Assembly: GCA_963744715.1 (NCBI GenBank)
Contig: CAVUUR010000007.1
Span: 1-64,000 of the forward strand
Length of the DNA stretch: 64,000 bases
Reading direction: 5' to 3'
Origin: an uncultured bacterium
GTDB taxonomy: Bacteria > Babelota > Babeliae > Babelales > JACPOV01
Of the stretch, positions 21,113 through 31,048 are shown piece after piece (the stretch's first letter is position 1; each line of letters opens with the position of its first letter). Both the position numbers and the translations under genes were made by a program. The notes under the pieces are model-generated. The model ran no database searches. It was not told the DNA's origin and saw only the letters and a program-made list of their open reading frames with translations.

Positions 21113-22069
21113 ATGAAAATTGGCATGTTGTTTCCTGATTATGGTAGCCAATACGTTGGCATGGGCAAAGAACTCTATGATAGTTCGCGATTAATGCAAG
21201 AATATTTTGAAGAGGCCTCCAACTGTTTATCGATTAATTTTGTAAAATTATGTTTTGCTTCTTCTGAAATTGAATTAGCCTCGATCGCTAACGCGTATCC
21301 GTCAATTTTTCTATTGAGCAGTGCCTTAGCCGGCGTTTTAAAAGAACAAGGAATTGTTCCGGATATTGTTGCCGGATGTGGCCTTGGAGAATATGCAGCA
21401 ATTCACACCGCCGGTGGCCTCACCTTGCCTGATGGCCTCTATTTTTTATCTAAATTTGCACAATTTTATCAAGAATTATTGGCAACAGTATCAGTACGCG
21501 CCATAGCACTTTCCCAAATAACCGTACGCAGTGTAAAAAAAATCTGCACAACAATAGATGAAGAAAATCAACCGTATATCAGCGTTTATTATTCAGATAA
21601 TTATTGTGTTGTAGTCGGTGATGATACCAGTATTGAACAGGTTAAAGAACTGGCGGTCAAAGCCGGCGCACGTTGTCAGGAAGCATTACTTGAATCCGGA
21701 TTGCATTCTATGTTAATGGAACAGGTAGCTACGCAGTTACGTATTTACGTAGAAAAAATAGATTTTCATGATCTTAAAGTGCCATTACTTGCCAACGTTG
21801 ATGGAAAAACTGTTAGTAAAGGAACTATGGTTCGTGATCGCATAATTAAACAAATCACTCAACCGATTCGATGGGATATGGTGCTCCACAATATCAAGGA
21901 TTGGGATATTATTGTGGAAATTGGCCCGGGCAACTCTTTGCAAAAAATAACCAGTACTATTTATCCAACTAAGCCGTATTTTACCATTAATCAACAAAGT
22001 GATATACAACTGTTACTAGATTATATTGCGAAACTGCGTTCTTCAGAACATACTGATACGGTTCATTAA
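21113..22069 (+). CDS. fabD: FabD-like malonyl-CoA:ACP transacylase homolog lacking the catalytic Ser
   Basis: FPDYGSQYVGMG, AGCGLGEY (canonical GHSLGEY), EIGPG; precedes acpP. Confidence 0.85.
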   Translation: MKIGMLFPDYGSQYVGMGKELYDSSRLMQEYFEEASNCLSINFVKLCFASSEIELASIANAYPSIFLLSSALAGVLKEQGIVPDIVAGCGLGEYAAIHTAGGLTLPDGLYFLSKFAQFYQELLATVSVRAIALSQITVRSVKKICTTIDEENQPYISVYYSDNYCVVVGDDTSIEQVKELAVKAGARCQEALLESGLHSMLMEQVATQLRIYVEKIDFHDLKVPLLANVDGKTVSKGTMVRDRIIKQITQPIRWDMVLHNIKDWDIIVEIGPGNSLQKITSTIYPTKPYFTINQQSDIQLLLDYIAKLRSSEHTDTVH

Positions 22070-22142
22070 AAAATTTGAGTGTTAGTTTAAAGCACAATAT
22101 ACTAGAATAATAAATAGATTTTTTATCGTTAGTGGGGTATTT

Positions 22143-22391
22143 ATGGCATTTGATAATCAAGATACATATAACAAAATAGTTACCGTTGTTGCTGATGCAT
22201 TACATATTGATAAAGCAACGATAACACCTTCTTCAACGTTGGATAGCCTCGGTGCTGACTCATTAGACAAACTTGAAATTATTATGAAATTGGAAGAAAC
22301 GTTTGGCATAGAAATAAATGATGAACAAGCAGCACAAATCAATACTATTCAAGAAGCTATTGATAAAATAAATGCATTACGCACTAAATAA
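22143..22391 (+). CDS. acpP: Acyl carrier protein
   Basis: LGADSLD phosphopantetheine site, LEETFGIEI. Confidence 0.96.
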   Translation: MAFDNQDTYNKIVTVVADALHIDKATITPSSTLDSLGADSLDKLEIIMKLEETFGIEINDEQAAQINTIQEAIDKINALRTK

Positions 22392-22397
22392 TAGATT

Positions 22398-23216
22398 TTA
22401 GCATGACTGAATTTGTTTGTTATTCAATTGGGCAACGATATCTCGAGCTATTTGCAAGCGCTTTGAATGTTTAGGATGCGTTATTCCCGGATTATCACCA
22501 GCTAATAATTTTTGCTGTACAAATTCTACATAACCTTGTGCATATTCTTTATTTTTTAGCGCTGTTTGAATATCAGCACGTTCTTCTTTAAAACGACAAT
22601 ATACATTAAGAGGTTCGTTTTGCGCAGCACAATCGACAGTATGACGTTTAAGCACTTCTTGCAACACATCACTCATAAAGAAATCTTGATGTTTCATATG
22701 CTGAAGTTCATGACCAATTACAAATTTTTTTGCTCTATACGAAAGCTCATTGAATCGTTTTTCATTAACAAAAATAATATTATTATTCACGCCTGCACAT
22801 GAATGGTCATCCCATGAGGTAATACTAATTTTACTGGGATCAATATCAAAATCTTTTAATACCGAACGAATTAACGTGCATGTATCAGCGGAAATAGTTG
22901 AGTTTTTATCTAGTTTATTCTTTTTATGATCATTCCGAGCACATTCTTTTTTTCTCTGCTCGCATGCCTCGCGCGTAACACCATATGCATGCGCGAGACC
23001 ATTCCATGCATCAATTTCAAACTTTTTAATATAATGAGCATAGTTGATATGATCACTAATAACGCGTTGTTGTGCTGGCTGATGACCACTACGGTGCGTA
23101 ATAGCTGGTTGCTCAATACTGTGCGTAGTATTTGAATAATCAAAAAGTGCTTTTCCTACGCACAACCCGAGTGCTAAAACTAATACAATTTTCGATATGT
23201 TTTTATTATGCGTCAT
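22398..23216 (-). CDS. M48-like zinc metallopeptidase, array member 5
   Basis: N-terminal anchor, GHELQH, EERAD, THP. Confidence 0.8.
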   Translation of the reverse strand: MTHNKNISKIVLVLALGLCVGKALFDYSNTTHSIEQPAITHRSGHQPAQQRVISDHINYAHYIKKFEIDAWNGLAHAYGVTREACEQRKKECARNDHKKNKLDKNSTISADTCTLIRSVLKDFDIDPSKISITSWDDHSCAGVNNNIIFVNEKRFNELSYRAKKFVIGHELQHMKHQDFFMSDVLQEVLKRHTVDCAAQNEPLNVYCRFKEERADIQTALKNKEYAQGYVEFVQQKLLAGDNPGITHPKHSKRLQIARDIVAQLNNKQIQSC

Positions 23217-23234
23217 AGCAAATCTCCTTATTTC

Positions 23235-23987
23235 TTACGCCGTTCTATCTTGATGTGATTGCAAAATATCTTGAGCCATCAACAGTCGCTCGGAATATTT
23301 TGGATAGCCCACATGCTCGTCGTCTCCATCTTCTTCAAGACACGTTGCTGAGAATTCCAGCAATCCTTGAGCGTAATCTTTACCTTTTGATGCTGCTAAA
23401 AAGTCTGCGCGTTGTTCGGTAAAACAAGCATAATACGCAAATGCTTCTTCAGCATCCTTTTTATCACAATCTGCTTCACCGCTTAATACCCGCAACGCAT
23501 GCCGCATAAAATAATCATTATGAATAATATGTTGCAATTCATGCCCAATAAGAAAACGAAGGGCTAACTCAGAATAATGACTGCACGCTTGCTCATCAAT
23601 AAAGATGGTGTCATGACCTGCTGCGGCGGGAGAGTGATAATGATATGCCTGTAATTTTATCATGTCACGGTCAACGTTAAAATCCGGCAGTACCGAATAT
23701 ATAATGTTGCGTATATATTCAGGTATTGGTTTTTCAGATAACGGTAGTTTTAATCTTGGTTTTTCCGAAAGATTATTTAAAAAATTCTGGCATTTTTCTT
23801 TGGTAATACCGCATTTTTCTAATTTTATCCAAACTTGTTGTTCCAAAGGCGCCAAGTAATCAAGAACTTTTTGTTCTGCTATATTAGTAGACGGCGGCGT
23901 AGCAATTGGCATTTGTTGTGTTATGCCATAAACAAATAAACTGCCCAACCCGTATAAAAAAATAAATAGTAATTTTTTAGTTATCAT
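23235..23987 (-). CDS. M48-like zinc metallopeptidase, array member 4
   Basis: GHELQH, EQRAD, GYP. Confidence 0.8.
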   Translation of the reverse strand: MITKKLLFIFLYGLGSLFVYGITQQMPIATPPSTNIAEQKVLDYLAPLEQQVWIKLEKCGITKEKCQNFLNNLSEKPRLKLPLSEKPIPEYIRNIIYSVLPDFNVDRDMIKLQAYHYHSPAAAGHDTIFIDEQACSHYSELALRFLIGHELQHIIHNDYFMRHALRVLSGEADCDKKDAEEAFAYYACFTEQRADFLAASKGKDYAQGLLEFSATCLEEDGDDEHVGYPKYSERLLMAQDILQSHQDRTA

Positions 23988-24005
23988 AGTAAATCCCCTT
24001 ATTTC

Positions 24006-24758
24006 TTACGCAATCCTATCTTGATGTAATTGTAAAACATTCTGAGCCATCAACAGACGCTTGGAATTTTTTGGATAGCCCATATGCTCGTCGTCTCCAT
24101 CTTCTTCAAGACACGCTGCCGAGAATTCCAGCAATCCTTGAGCATAATCTTTATCTTTTGATGCAGTTAAAAGGTCTGCGCGTTGTTCAGTAAAACAAGT
24201 ATAATATGCCAATGCTTCTTCAATATCCTTTTTATCACAATCTGATTTTTTGCTTAATTCTTCTAATGAATATTTCGTCACATAATCATGGTTGATAATA
24301 TGCTGCACTTCATGCCCAATAATAAAACGCAAAACTAAATCAGAATAATGATTGCATTCCTTCTCATCAATAAAAATAGTGTCATGACCAGCTGCGGCAG
24401 GGGAGTAATAATAATATGCTTGTAATTTTATCGTGGCAGGATCAACGTTAAAATCCTGCAATACCGAATGTATAATGTTGCGTACATGCGCAGGAATTGG
24501 TTGGTCAGACAACGGCACTTCTATTCTTGGTTTTACCAAAAGATTATCTAAAAAATTTTGACATTTTTCTTTGGTAATACCACATTGTTCTAATTTTATC
24601 CACGCCTGTTTTTCCAATGAATCTAAATAATCAATTGTTTTTTGATCTATTTGACGATTGGTTTTTATCGTAGCAATTGGCATTTGTTGTGTTATGCCAT
24701 AAACAAATAAACTGCCTAACCCGTATAAAAAAATAAATAATAATTTTTTAGTTATCAT
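24006..24758 (-). CDS. M48-like zinc metallopeptidase, array member 3
   Basis: GHEVQH, EQRAD; close duplicate of member 4. Confidence 0.8.
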   Translation of the reverse strand: MITKKLLFIFLYGLGSLFVYGITQQMPIATIKTNRQIDQKTIDYLDSLEKQAWIKLEQCGITKEKCQNFLDNLLVKPRIEVPLSDQPIPAHVRNIIHSVLQDFNVDPATIKLQAYYYYSPAAAGHDTIFIDEKECNHYSDLVLRFIIGHEVQHIINHDYVTKYSLEELSKKSDCDKKDIEEALAYYTCFTEQRADLLTASKDKDYAQGLLEFSAACLEEDGDDEHMGYPKNSKRLLMAQNVLQLHQDRIA

Positions 24759-24772
24759 AATAAATCCCTGTT

Positions 24773-25540
24773 TTAACATTGTTGCAACGTACTATTATGA
24801 TTTGATTGCAAAATATCTTTGGCCATTAACAATCGCTTTGAATATTTTGGATGGGTTATCCCACCCTTTTTCTCATCTGACGTATCGCCAGCAATGACTC
24901 TTTCCATGTATGCTACATACCCTCTGGCATAGCGTTCATTTTTAAGTGCCGCTTTAATATCAGCACGCTCCTCGGTAAAACGAGAATACATATTTAAAGC
25001 ATGTTGTAGCTCTTCTTTTGTTTTTTGATTATCACACTGCTTCATAGCATACTTTGTTGATCCATCTTCATGGATTACGTGTTGAATTTCATGACCTATA
25101 ACAAAATACTGCTCATCAGGTGTTAGTGTATTAAATCGCAATTCATTAACATAAACGCCAAATTCAGTTGCACCAGCACAACAATGATGATTTATTGGTA
25201 TAACGCTAATCCTGTTTTGATTAACACCAAAATCGTCTAAAACAGTACGTACTATTGTTTCAGTTTTTGGAGATACCTGATCTTTTGCCTGAGCGCGAAC
25301 CTCTTCTTTTAAGTCATCAATATAGATAGATTTATGTTTTTCGCATTCTTGTACCTTTATACCAACATCATTCAGTGCACGCCATGCTTTATCTTCATAA
25401 TCTTTGAGATAATCGATATAATTAGCGTGTTGTCCGATAACAGGTTCGATAGAATTGGAATTATGCAAAAGCACTTTTCCTAGAACTATTCCAATTATTA
25501 ACACTAGTATGATTTTGAATGTTTTTTTATTATGTATCAT
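24773..25540 (-). CDS. M48-like zinc metallopeptidase, array member 2
   Basis: GHEIQH, EERAD, THP. Confidence 0.8.
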   Translation of the reverse strand: MIHNKKTFKIILVLIIGIVLGKVLLHNSNSIEPVIGQHANYIDYLKDYEDKAWRALNDVGIKVQECEKHKSIYIDDLKEEVRAQAKDQVSPKTETIVRTVLDDFGVNQNRISVIPINHHCCAGATEFGVYVNELRFNTLTPDEQYFVIGHEIQHVIHEDGSTKYAMKQCDNQKTKEELQHALNMYSRFTEERADIKAALKNERYARGYVAYMERVIAGDTSDEKKGGITHPKYSKRLLMAKDILQSNHNSTLQQC

Positions 25541-25553
25541 AGTAACTTCCTTT

Positions 25554-26300
25554 TTAACAAGACTGAATTAAGATGTTGTTTTTCCACTGATGGAAAATAT
25601 CTTCCGCCATTTGTATTCGTTTTGAATTTTTAGGATGCGTTATTCCTGGATTATCACCGACTAATAACTTTTGCTGAGCATATTCCACGTACCCTTGTGC
25701 GTATTCTTTATTTTTTAAGGCTGCTTGAATATCAGCACGTTCTTCTTTAAAACGGGCATATACGTTAATCGCTTCATCTACTGATTTACCATCAATAGGA
25801 CGATCTTTAATGCGCTCATTTAAGACTTCTCTCATTAAGAAATCTTGATTTTTCATATGTTGAAGTTCATGGCCGATTACAAACTTTTTTGCTTTAGGAG
25901 AAAGCTCATTAAAAATTTTTTCATTAACGAAAATAATATTATGATCTGTTCTTGCCGATGTATTATCATTACATGCTGTAATAATGATAGTTTTCGGATC
26001 AACGTCAAAATCTTTTAATACTGAACGAATTAAAGTGCAGTTATCTAGTGAAACGAATTTTTTATCTACGTTACTGCTTTTTGTAAGATTTTTACGTAAC
26101 TCTTGCTTTCTTTGTTCACATTCTTCGCGTGTAAGATCATATGAATGCGCGAGGCTATTCCATGCATTAACCTCAGATGCTTGTATATAATCAACGTAAT
26201 TTACACGACCAGGAATCGAACCTGTAGGTATCTTTCCTATCGCTATGCCAAGTACTAAGGCTACACCCATACTGGCTATTCTTCTGTAATTGTAATTCAT
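25554..26300 (-). CDS. M48-like zinc metallopeptidase, array member 1
   Basis: GHELQH, EERAD, THP; closest to member 5. Confidence 0.8.
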   Translation of the reverse strand: MNYNYRRIASMGVALVLGIAIGKIPTGSIPGRVNYVDYIQASEVNAWNSLAHSYDLTREECEQRKQELRKNLTKSSNVDKKFVSLDNCTLIRSVLKDFDVDPKTIIITACNDNTSARTDHNIIFVNEKIFNELSPKAKKFVIGHELQHMKNQDFLMREVLNERIKDRPIDGKSVDEAINVYARFKEERADIQAALKNKEYAQGYVEYAQQKLLVGDNPGITHPKNSKRIQMAEDIFHQWKNNILIQSC

Positions 26301-26581
26301 ATCAATCCTTTTTTAACTATCAAAAAACCCCTTAATCTTCATCATTCTTTACTAAGAATAACAAATATATTCAAATTGTCAATAAAGATATGCTATACTA
26401 GAAGGCTTTTTAGTAAAAAGAGGTGTTTATCGTTAAAAACAGCTAAGAAAAGGGCTAAAAAGGCCCTCTGTATAAAAAAGCTTTAAAAATACACGTTATT
26501 TTAGCAAAAAGGCTCTGGAGGGCTTAATTTTCGCTAATTTTAGGCCTTTTTAGTCTCAGGGGTTTATTTATACGGTAAATT

Positions 26582-26613
26582 AAAAAAAGAAAGGGCCTTT
26601 TAAAAAGACCCTT
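26582..26613 (-). terminator. Terminator-like hairpin
   Basis: Minus strand AAGGGTCTTTTTAAAAGGCCCTT followed by TCTTTTTTT. Confidence 0.5.
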
Positions 26614-26747
26614 AATAATGTTAGGTGCTCTCTAGATACCTAAAAAAAATTTATACTATACATCTTTAATTTGATTTTTCTACTATTAATTATACAATGT
26701 AGTAAATTTTATAAAAAAATTTTAACGATTATAAGGATCATTATCCT

Positions 26748-27014
26748 ATGAATAATATCACACTATCATTATTATTATTACAGCTAACAATAACTCCCCT
26801 ATACAGCATGGAACAACGGGAACCAAAAAAAACCGATAAAGAAGTATCCCACAATATCACAACTAAAAACTCTGAAAAAAAATCATCTAATGGCAATTGC
26901 ATTGCAGTTCCTGCTACTAAGCAAACATCGACACCTGTACAAAAAAACATTAAAAAATTAGATTCACCGGTTCAAAATATTTCTGAAATTAACCTAACGG
27001 GTCGTTTTCCATAA
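26748..27014 (+). CDS. Small secreted low-complexity protein (possibly a truncated gene)
   Basis: AAGGA RBS, signal peptide ending LYS-ME, Lys/Thr-rich tail. Confidence 0.5.
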   Translation: MNNITLSLLLLQLTITPLYSMEQREPKKTDKEVSHNITTKNSEKKSSNGNCIAVPATKQTSTPVQKNIKKLDSPVQNISEINLTGRFP

Positions 27015-27026
27015 ACATTAAACGTA

Positions 27027-28427
27027 TTATTGCTTCTCAATGTTTGGCAATTGCCACTGACCGTTAAAGACTAATTGCTTGGGCATATATAAACGCAGCG
27101 TTACATTAAAATTACCATCAGGTGCCGGAAGCCAGTTATTCTCTTTATCTTTTCCGGGAGAATTATGCTGCACATACATATCTAATGATCCATCGGGATT
27201 GTAGATAAGGTTATCACGATCACCCAGTGCATAGCGATTGATTGGGTTTTTAATTAAGAATCCATCCATACCATACATGGTCAATGACCAAAAGGCATCA
27301 ACCGGTGGTGTTTGCCCTGCTGGAAAATGTATACGATACGTATGCGAGCCTGAAAGTTGATTGCCTGCGCTGTCTAAAAACGTTGTTGGATATACGGCGA
27401 TATGGGAAGGTAACATACCGATTCCTTGTAATGCCACAACCGCACGTTGGGCGTAGTTAGTTCCGTAACTATCTTCTACATCTTTAATAACTAACCATCC
27501 ATCTTCGCGAGAGAGCACGGTATTTAGTTGTTGAGCCATCGACGTAAGTGTTGCAGCGGGCACGCAAACAAGCTCTTTTTGAATCTTCTTATCCAAATTC
27601 TTAACATTAAATGTTGTAGATGGAATAAGCCCAATGGTTGCCATCTGTTCTAGAATATTGTTATCTTGTGCCGGCGGTGGATTTTGTGCCATTAACTGCA
27701 TGAGGTTAGTAAAAAATTGTTCTGCATTCATATCCGCAACTAAATCCATAGGTTTTTTTGTAGGAGTTGATGGTGGAACACTTTCTGCTAATGATGTTGT
27801 CTCTTGAGTATCTCCATTGAATGTACTTAATGGCGTTAAATGATATTGCTGTTGAATGGTGCGTACGTTATCAAGATCAGCTGCACCATTAATTTGTGTC
27901 CTGCCAAGAATCCATACATAATTTCCTGGCGCTTTAACTTCTTTAACATGTTCAGGTAATGTGCCGCTCCATTGCGGACCGGTAATGGCAAAATCACCTT
28001 CTTTAGTGCCGGTAGTTGGTTTTCCAATAACCGCAAAAACGTTAGTATACATATCGTATAAGGGCATTACATAAAAACGATCATGCGTATCAGGAACATG
28101 CAAAATAATCGGTTCTCTTGAAAGATCAAGCCATGCATTTGAATAGAGGGTGTCGACATTTGCTCTGACAATATCAGTATACTGATACGTTGGTGTAGTC
28201 GTTACGTGACCAAAATGATTAAGGGGAGCATGACTCATGATGCCAGACCCATCGGTCATAACTTTTTTTGTTTCGTTCATCAGAACTAATGGATAACCGT
28301 AGATGTATGCACGTTGCCCAATGCCCGTTACTGTAAATTGTTTATAATAATTGATAGCATAGAATAGTAGAACAATTGCCGCCATAAGAGCAGTCAACAA
28401 TCCCAAAAAAGTACAAATATTTCTCAT
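27027..28427 (-). CDS. DUF1254/DUF1214 domain exported protein
   Basis: AYIYGYPLV, NVDTLYSNAWLDL, PPVDAFWSLTMY, NWLPAP, LRLYMP. Confidence 0.9.
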   Translation of the reverse strand: MRNICTFLGLLTALMAAIVLLFYAINYYKQFTVTGIGQRAYIYGYPLVLMNETKKVMTDGSGIMSHAPLNHFGHVTTTPTYQYTDIVRANVDTLYSNAWLDLSREPIILHVPDTHDRFYVMPLYDMYTNVFAVIGKPTTGTKEGDFAITGPQWSGTLPEHVKEVKAPGNYVWILGRTQINGAADLDNVRTIQQQYHLTPLSTFNGDTQETTSLAESVPPSTPTKKPMDLVADMNAEQFFTNLMQLMAQNPPPAQDNNILEQMATIGLIPSTTFNVKNLDKKIQKELVCVPAATLTSMAQQLNTVLSREDGWLVIKDVEDSYGTNYAQRAVVALQGIGMLPSHIAVYPTTFLDSAGNQLSGSHTYRIHFPAGQTPPVDAFWSLTMYGMDGFLIKNPINRYALGDRDNLIYNPDGSLDMYVQHNSPGKDKENNWLPAPDGNFNVTLRLYMPKQLVFNGQWQLPNIEKQ

Positions 28428-28685
28428 TTACCAACAATCACAATCAACCAGCGATGTTTCTGGAATACAATGCTCGGGACATTCCCAAGAATAGGTGATG
28501 TGTTTTACTCTTTTAGCTGGAAACGTTTGCCGCACATAGCGCACACAGCATGGTGGTTGGCCACATGGATCTTCTTCAACGCGATCACAACAATAATCGT
28601 CACACGATGCTCGTCGGTAACGCGCATTAACGTCAACCGTTATTAATACCGATCCCAAGAACAACATAACCATAAACTTTTTCAT
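28428..28685 (-). CDS. Small cysteine-rich secreted protein B
   Basis: GGGGGA RBS, signal peptide, 10 Cys in the mature part, CCxRVEExPCGxPPCCV shared with 28828-29094. Confidence 0.8.
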   Translation of the reverse strand: MKKFMVMLFLGSVLITVDVNARYRRASCDDYCCDRVEEDPCGQPPCCVRYVRQTFPAKRVKHITYSWECPEHCIPETSLVDCDCW

Positions 28686-28778
28686 ATAATTCCCCCCGCA
28701 ATAAGTCGTTCATGGTAAACTTACTATAGGAGATGATGTATTTGCAAGGGATAATAAGTGTATTGAAAAAAAAAGAAA

Positions 28779-28808
28779 TGAAAGTCCCCAATAATATGGG
28801 GACTTTCA
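28779..28808 (-). terminator. Rho-independent terminator after Cys-rich protein A
   Basis: TGAAAGTCCCCA-6nt-TGGGGACTTTCA perfect stem with a T-rich tail on the minus strand. Confidence 0.8.
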
Positions 28809-28827
28809 AAACTTAATCTAACAGGAA

Positions 28828-29094
28828 TTAGCTTTGAGCAGCGATAGCATTTTCCATATCGCAATCGGCAGGACATTCCCATTTATATTCAATATGTTTT
28901 ACTCGTGTAGCAGGTTCAGTTACCTTTTTGTATTTTACGCAACAAGGTGGCTTACCGCATGGAGCTTCTTCAACACGTTCGCAACATCTGTTTTTGACTT
29001 CTTCAGTCGCGCAACATCCACGTCTGAAACGTGCATCAGCGTCCATAGATACTAACGCAGCTACCGCAAATAAAGCTAACATAAGCTTCTTCAT
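28828..29094 (-). CDS. Small cysteine-rich secreted protein A
   Basis: AAGGAG RBS, signal peptide (…ADA-R), 9 Cys in the mature part. Confidence 0.85.
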   Translation of the reverse strand: MKKLMLALFAVAALVSMDADARFRRGCCATEEVKNRCCERVEEAPCGKPPCCVKYKKVTEPATRVKHIEYKWECPADCDMENAIAAQS

Positions 29095-29398
29095 ATGATT
29101 CTCCTTTAAAATAAAGGTTGTTAATAAATACATTTTTTAAATTTAGATGTACATTTTCATGTTTACATCTACTACTATTTTCTTACAAATAGACATTAAA
29201 AAGCAATAGTTTTGATTAAAAAATGTTATTTTTGAAATAATTGATACAAAAAACATTATAGGGAAATTACCTGTCAATCAGGGTACTTTTTCAGAAAATA
29301 AAGAGTTTTTAGTTGGAAAAGGACCGGTTTTAAATGATCGTGATATAATTCAGGGGAAAAACAGCAGAAAAACTGATATAAGAGAACGGAGAATCAAT

Positions 29399-29432
29399 AA
29401 AAAAAGGCCCCGGAAAACCGGAGCCTTTTTTT
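29399..29432 (-). terminator. Rho-independent (bidirectional-type) terminator
   Basis: AAAAAGGCCCCGG-AAAA-CCGGAGCCTTTTT downstream of 29471-31048. Confidence 0.8.
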
Positions 29433-29470
29433 AGTACTAAATTTTGTTTGTAAGTTAAATCCTTCTAGGT

Positions 29471-31048
29471 TCAGGAGAATGCAAATCCACCTTGTACCCA
29501 AACGCCCCATTGATTGAAGGCGCTCTTGTTGTTGCTACCACAGAATTCAACTTCACCACCTACGCCAAGATATGGCATATAATCACAAGTTTCCCAGGTA
29601 TAAGCAAAGTTGGTAAATACTTTATGAGAAACGGCGCTTGGTGCTGCCGCTGAATCCGGGTTCAAGCTCGCTGTGGTAATAGTAACCGCAGGAGTTTCTG
29701 CCACTGCCGGTTCAAAATTACCGTTAATGGTAGTTAAACTTTGGGTAGAATTATCGGTTGCTCCAGGTCCAGGAGGTGTTCCCAGTGCTGTTGTATCACC
29801 TTGCACGCCAAAGGTATTAGGTAAAATATTACCGATTATTTTAACTTTATCCTTTGAGCGACCCCATACGTTATAACCTATGTCAAATGAGAATCCGCAA
29901 CTGGTATAATCAAACATAAGTGCGGCATCGCCATGAACATCGTTTTGAACGTTACATTCGAGGGTTGTTACGTTTGGACCAAAGAGAACTTCTCCAGCAT
30001 ACGCAGTAGCAGGAGATGCTGCACCATTAAATCTCTTGAGCAAGAGATAGCGGCTACCCACACCATTGGCTGTTAAGTCAAACGTACGTCTTTGGCGCGC
30101 TCTGAATGCATGATAAGCATAACCTTCTAACCATACACTGAAGGATTGGTCACAACCATTATCCCAGAGTACATAACTAGCGGTAATACCACCACCAACT
30201 TCTACGTGTTTACCATTACCTAACACCGGTTCAAACAGGAATTCGCCTTTTGGACGGTTACCGGTAGGTGCAATAACGGCAGCTTGAATACCGAAATGGC
30301 CACATTCGCTAACCCAGAAATTATAACCAAGAATTAAGGTAATATCTGCTACACCAGCTTTGCTGTGTTTTCCGTCCATACGAGCAAATCTCAATGGTTC
30401 CTTGATAGCAGGAAACACTGCTGGATTTAATGTTTGTCCATTAACCGCAGCAAGAAGATTGCCTCCATACGGTGAAGGGGCTACAGCAGCATTTCCTAAG
30501 GCATCTGCAGCAATGGTGGTACCCGGTGTTATAGTACTTGCTGTTAAACGTAGATCCCAGCGAGTCCAGTTAACCGGAACGTCAATTTGGAACCACAATC
30601 CTTTTATCCATTCATCTAATCCAAGATAAAAATTAATATCCAAGACAAAATTTTCTACGCGTGGATTAAATATTAACGTACCATTGAAATCGTCGTTAAG
30701 GAAAAAGTTTCGTCCAAAGATTGTTGTAGTAGGACTAGCAGTACCACCAGTATTTGCAGGACCGAAGGTCATAGTTGGTGTTCCGTTGAAGGACAAGTAT
30801 TTTGCCAAGTCGTGTCCACGAAATGTTCTTCCATATTCAGCGACAATTTTAAGATCAGCACTCAGGCAATCTTCATCAGGAAAATAACGGTGCCCAACAT
30901 AGCCAGCCATCCAGCGAGCCATATTAGAACCTTGTGATCGTCCAGAAAAGAACGATTTCCCTATAATCTTTGGGGTTTCTGCTGCATTGAGAGCAGGAAC
31001 CGCGCATAGCAAGGCTATGCTAAAAAAACGTTTAAGCGTTTGATTCAT
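29471..31048 (-). CDS. Large outer-membrane beta-barrel protein, candidate major OMP
   Basis: Signal peptide, alternating aromatic strands, ADI...APTG motif, C-terminal VQGGFAFS; own RBS and terminator. Confidence 0.7.
   Translation of the reverse strand: MNQTLKRFFSIALLCAVPALNAAETPKIIGKSFFSGRSQGSNMARWMAGYVGHRYFPDEDCLSADLKIVAEYGRTFRGHDLAKYLSFNGTPTMTFGPANTGGTASPTTTIFGRNFFLNDDFNGTLIFNPRVENFVLDINFYLGLDEWIKGLWFQIDVPVNWTRWDLRLTASTITPGTTIAADALGNAAVAPSPYGGNLLAAVNGQTLNPAVFPAIKEPLRFARMDGKHSKAGVADITLILGYNFWVSECGHFGIQAAVIAPTGNRPKGEFLFEPVLGNGKHVEVGGGITASYVLWDNGCDQSFSVWLEGYAYHAFRARQRRTFDLTANGVGSRYLLLKRFNGAASPATAYAGEVLFGPNVTTLECNVQNDVHGDAALMFDYTSCGFSFDIGYNVWGRSKDKVKIIGNILPNTFGVQGDTTALGTPPGPGATDNSTQSLTTINGNFEPAVAETPAVTITTASLNPDSAAAPSAVSHKVFTNFAYTWETCDYMPYLGVGGEVEFCGSNNKSAFNQWGVWVQGGFAFS

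Noticed and set aside
28428..29094. RiPP (ranthipeptide/thiopeptide) precursors
   Set aside because: They have Sec-type signals and there is no radical SAM, YcaO, Lan enzyme or peptide exporter nearby.
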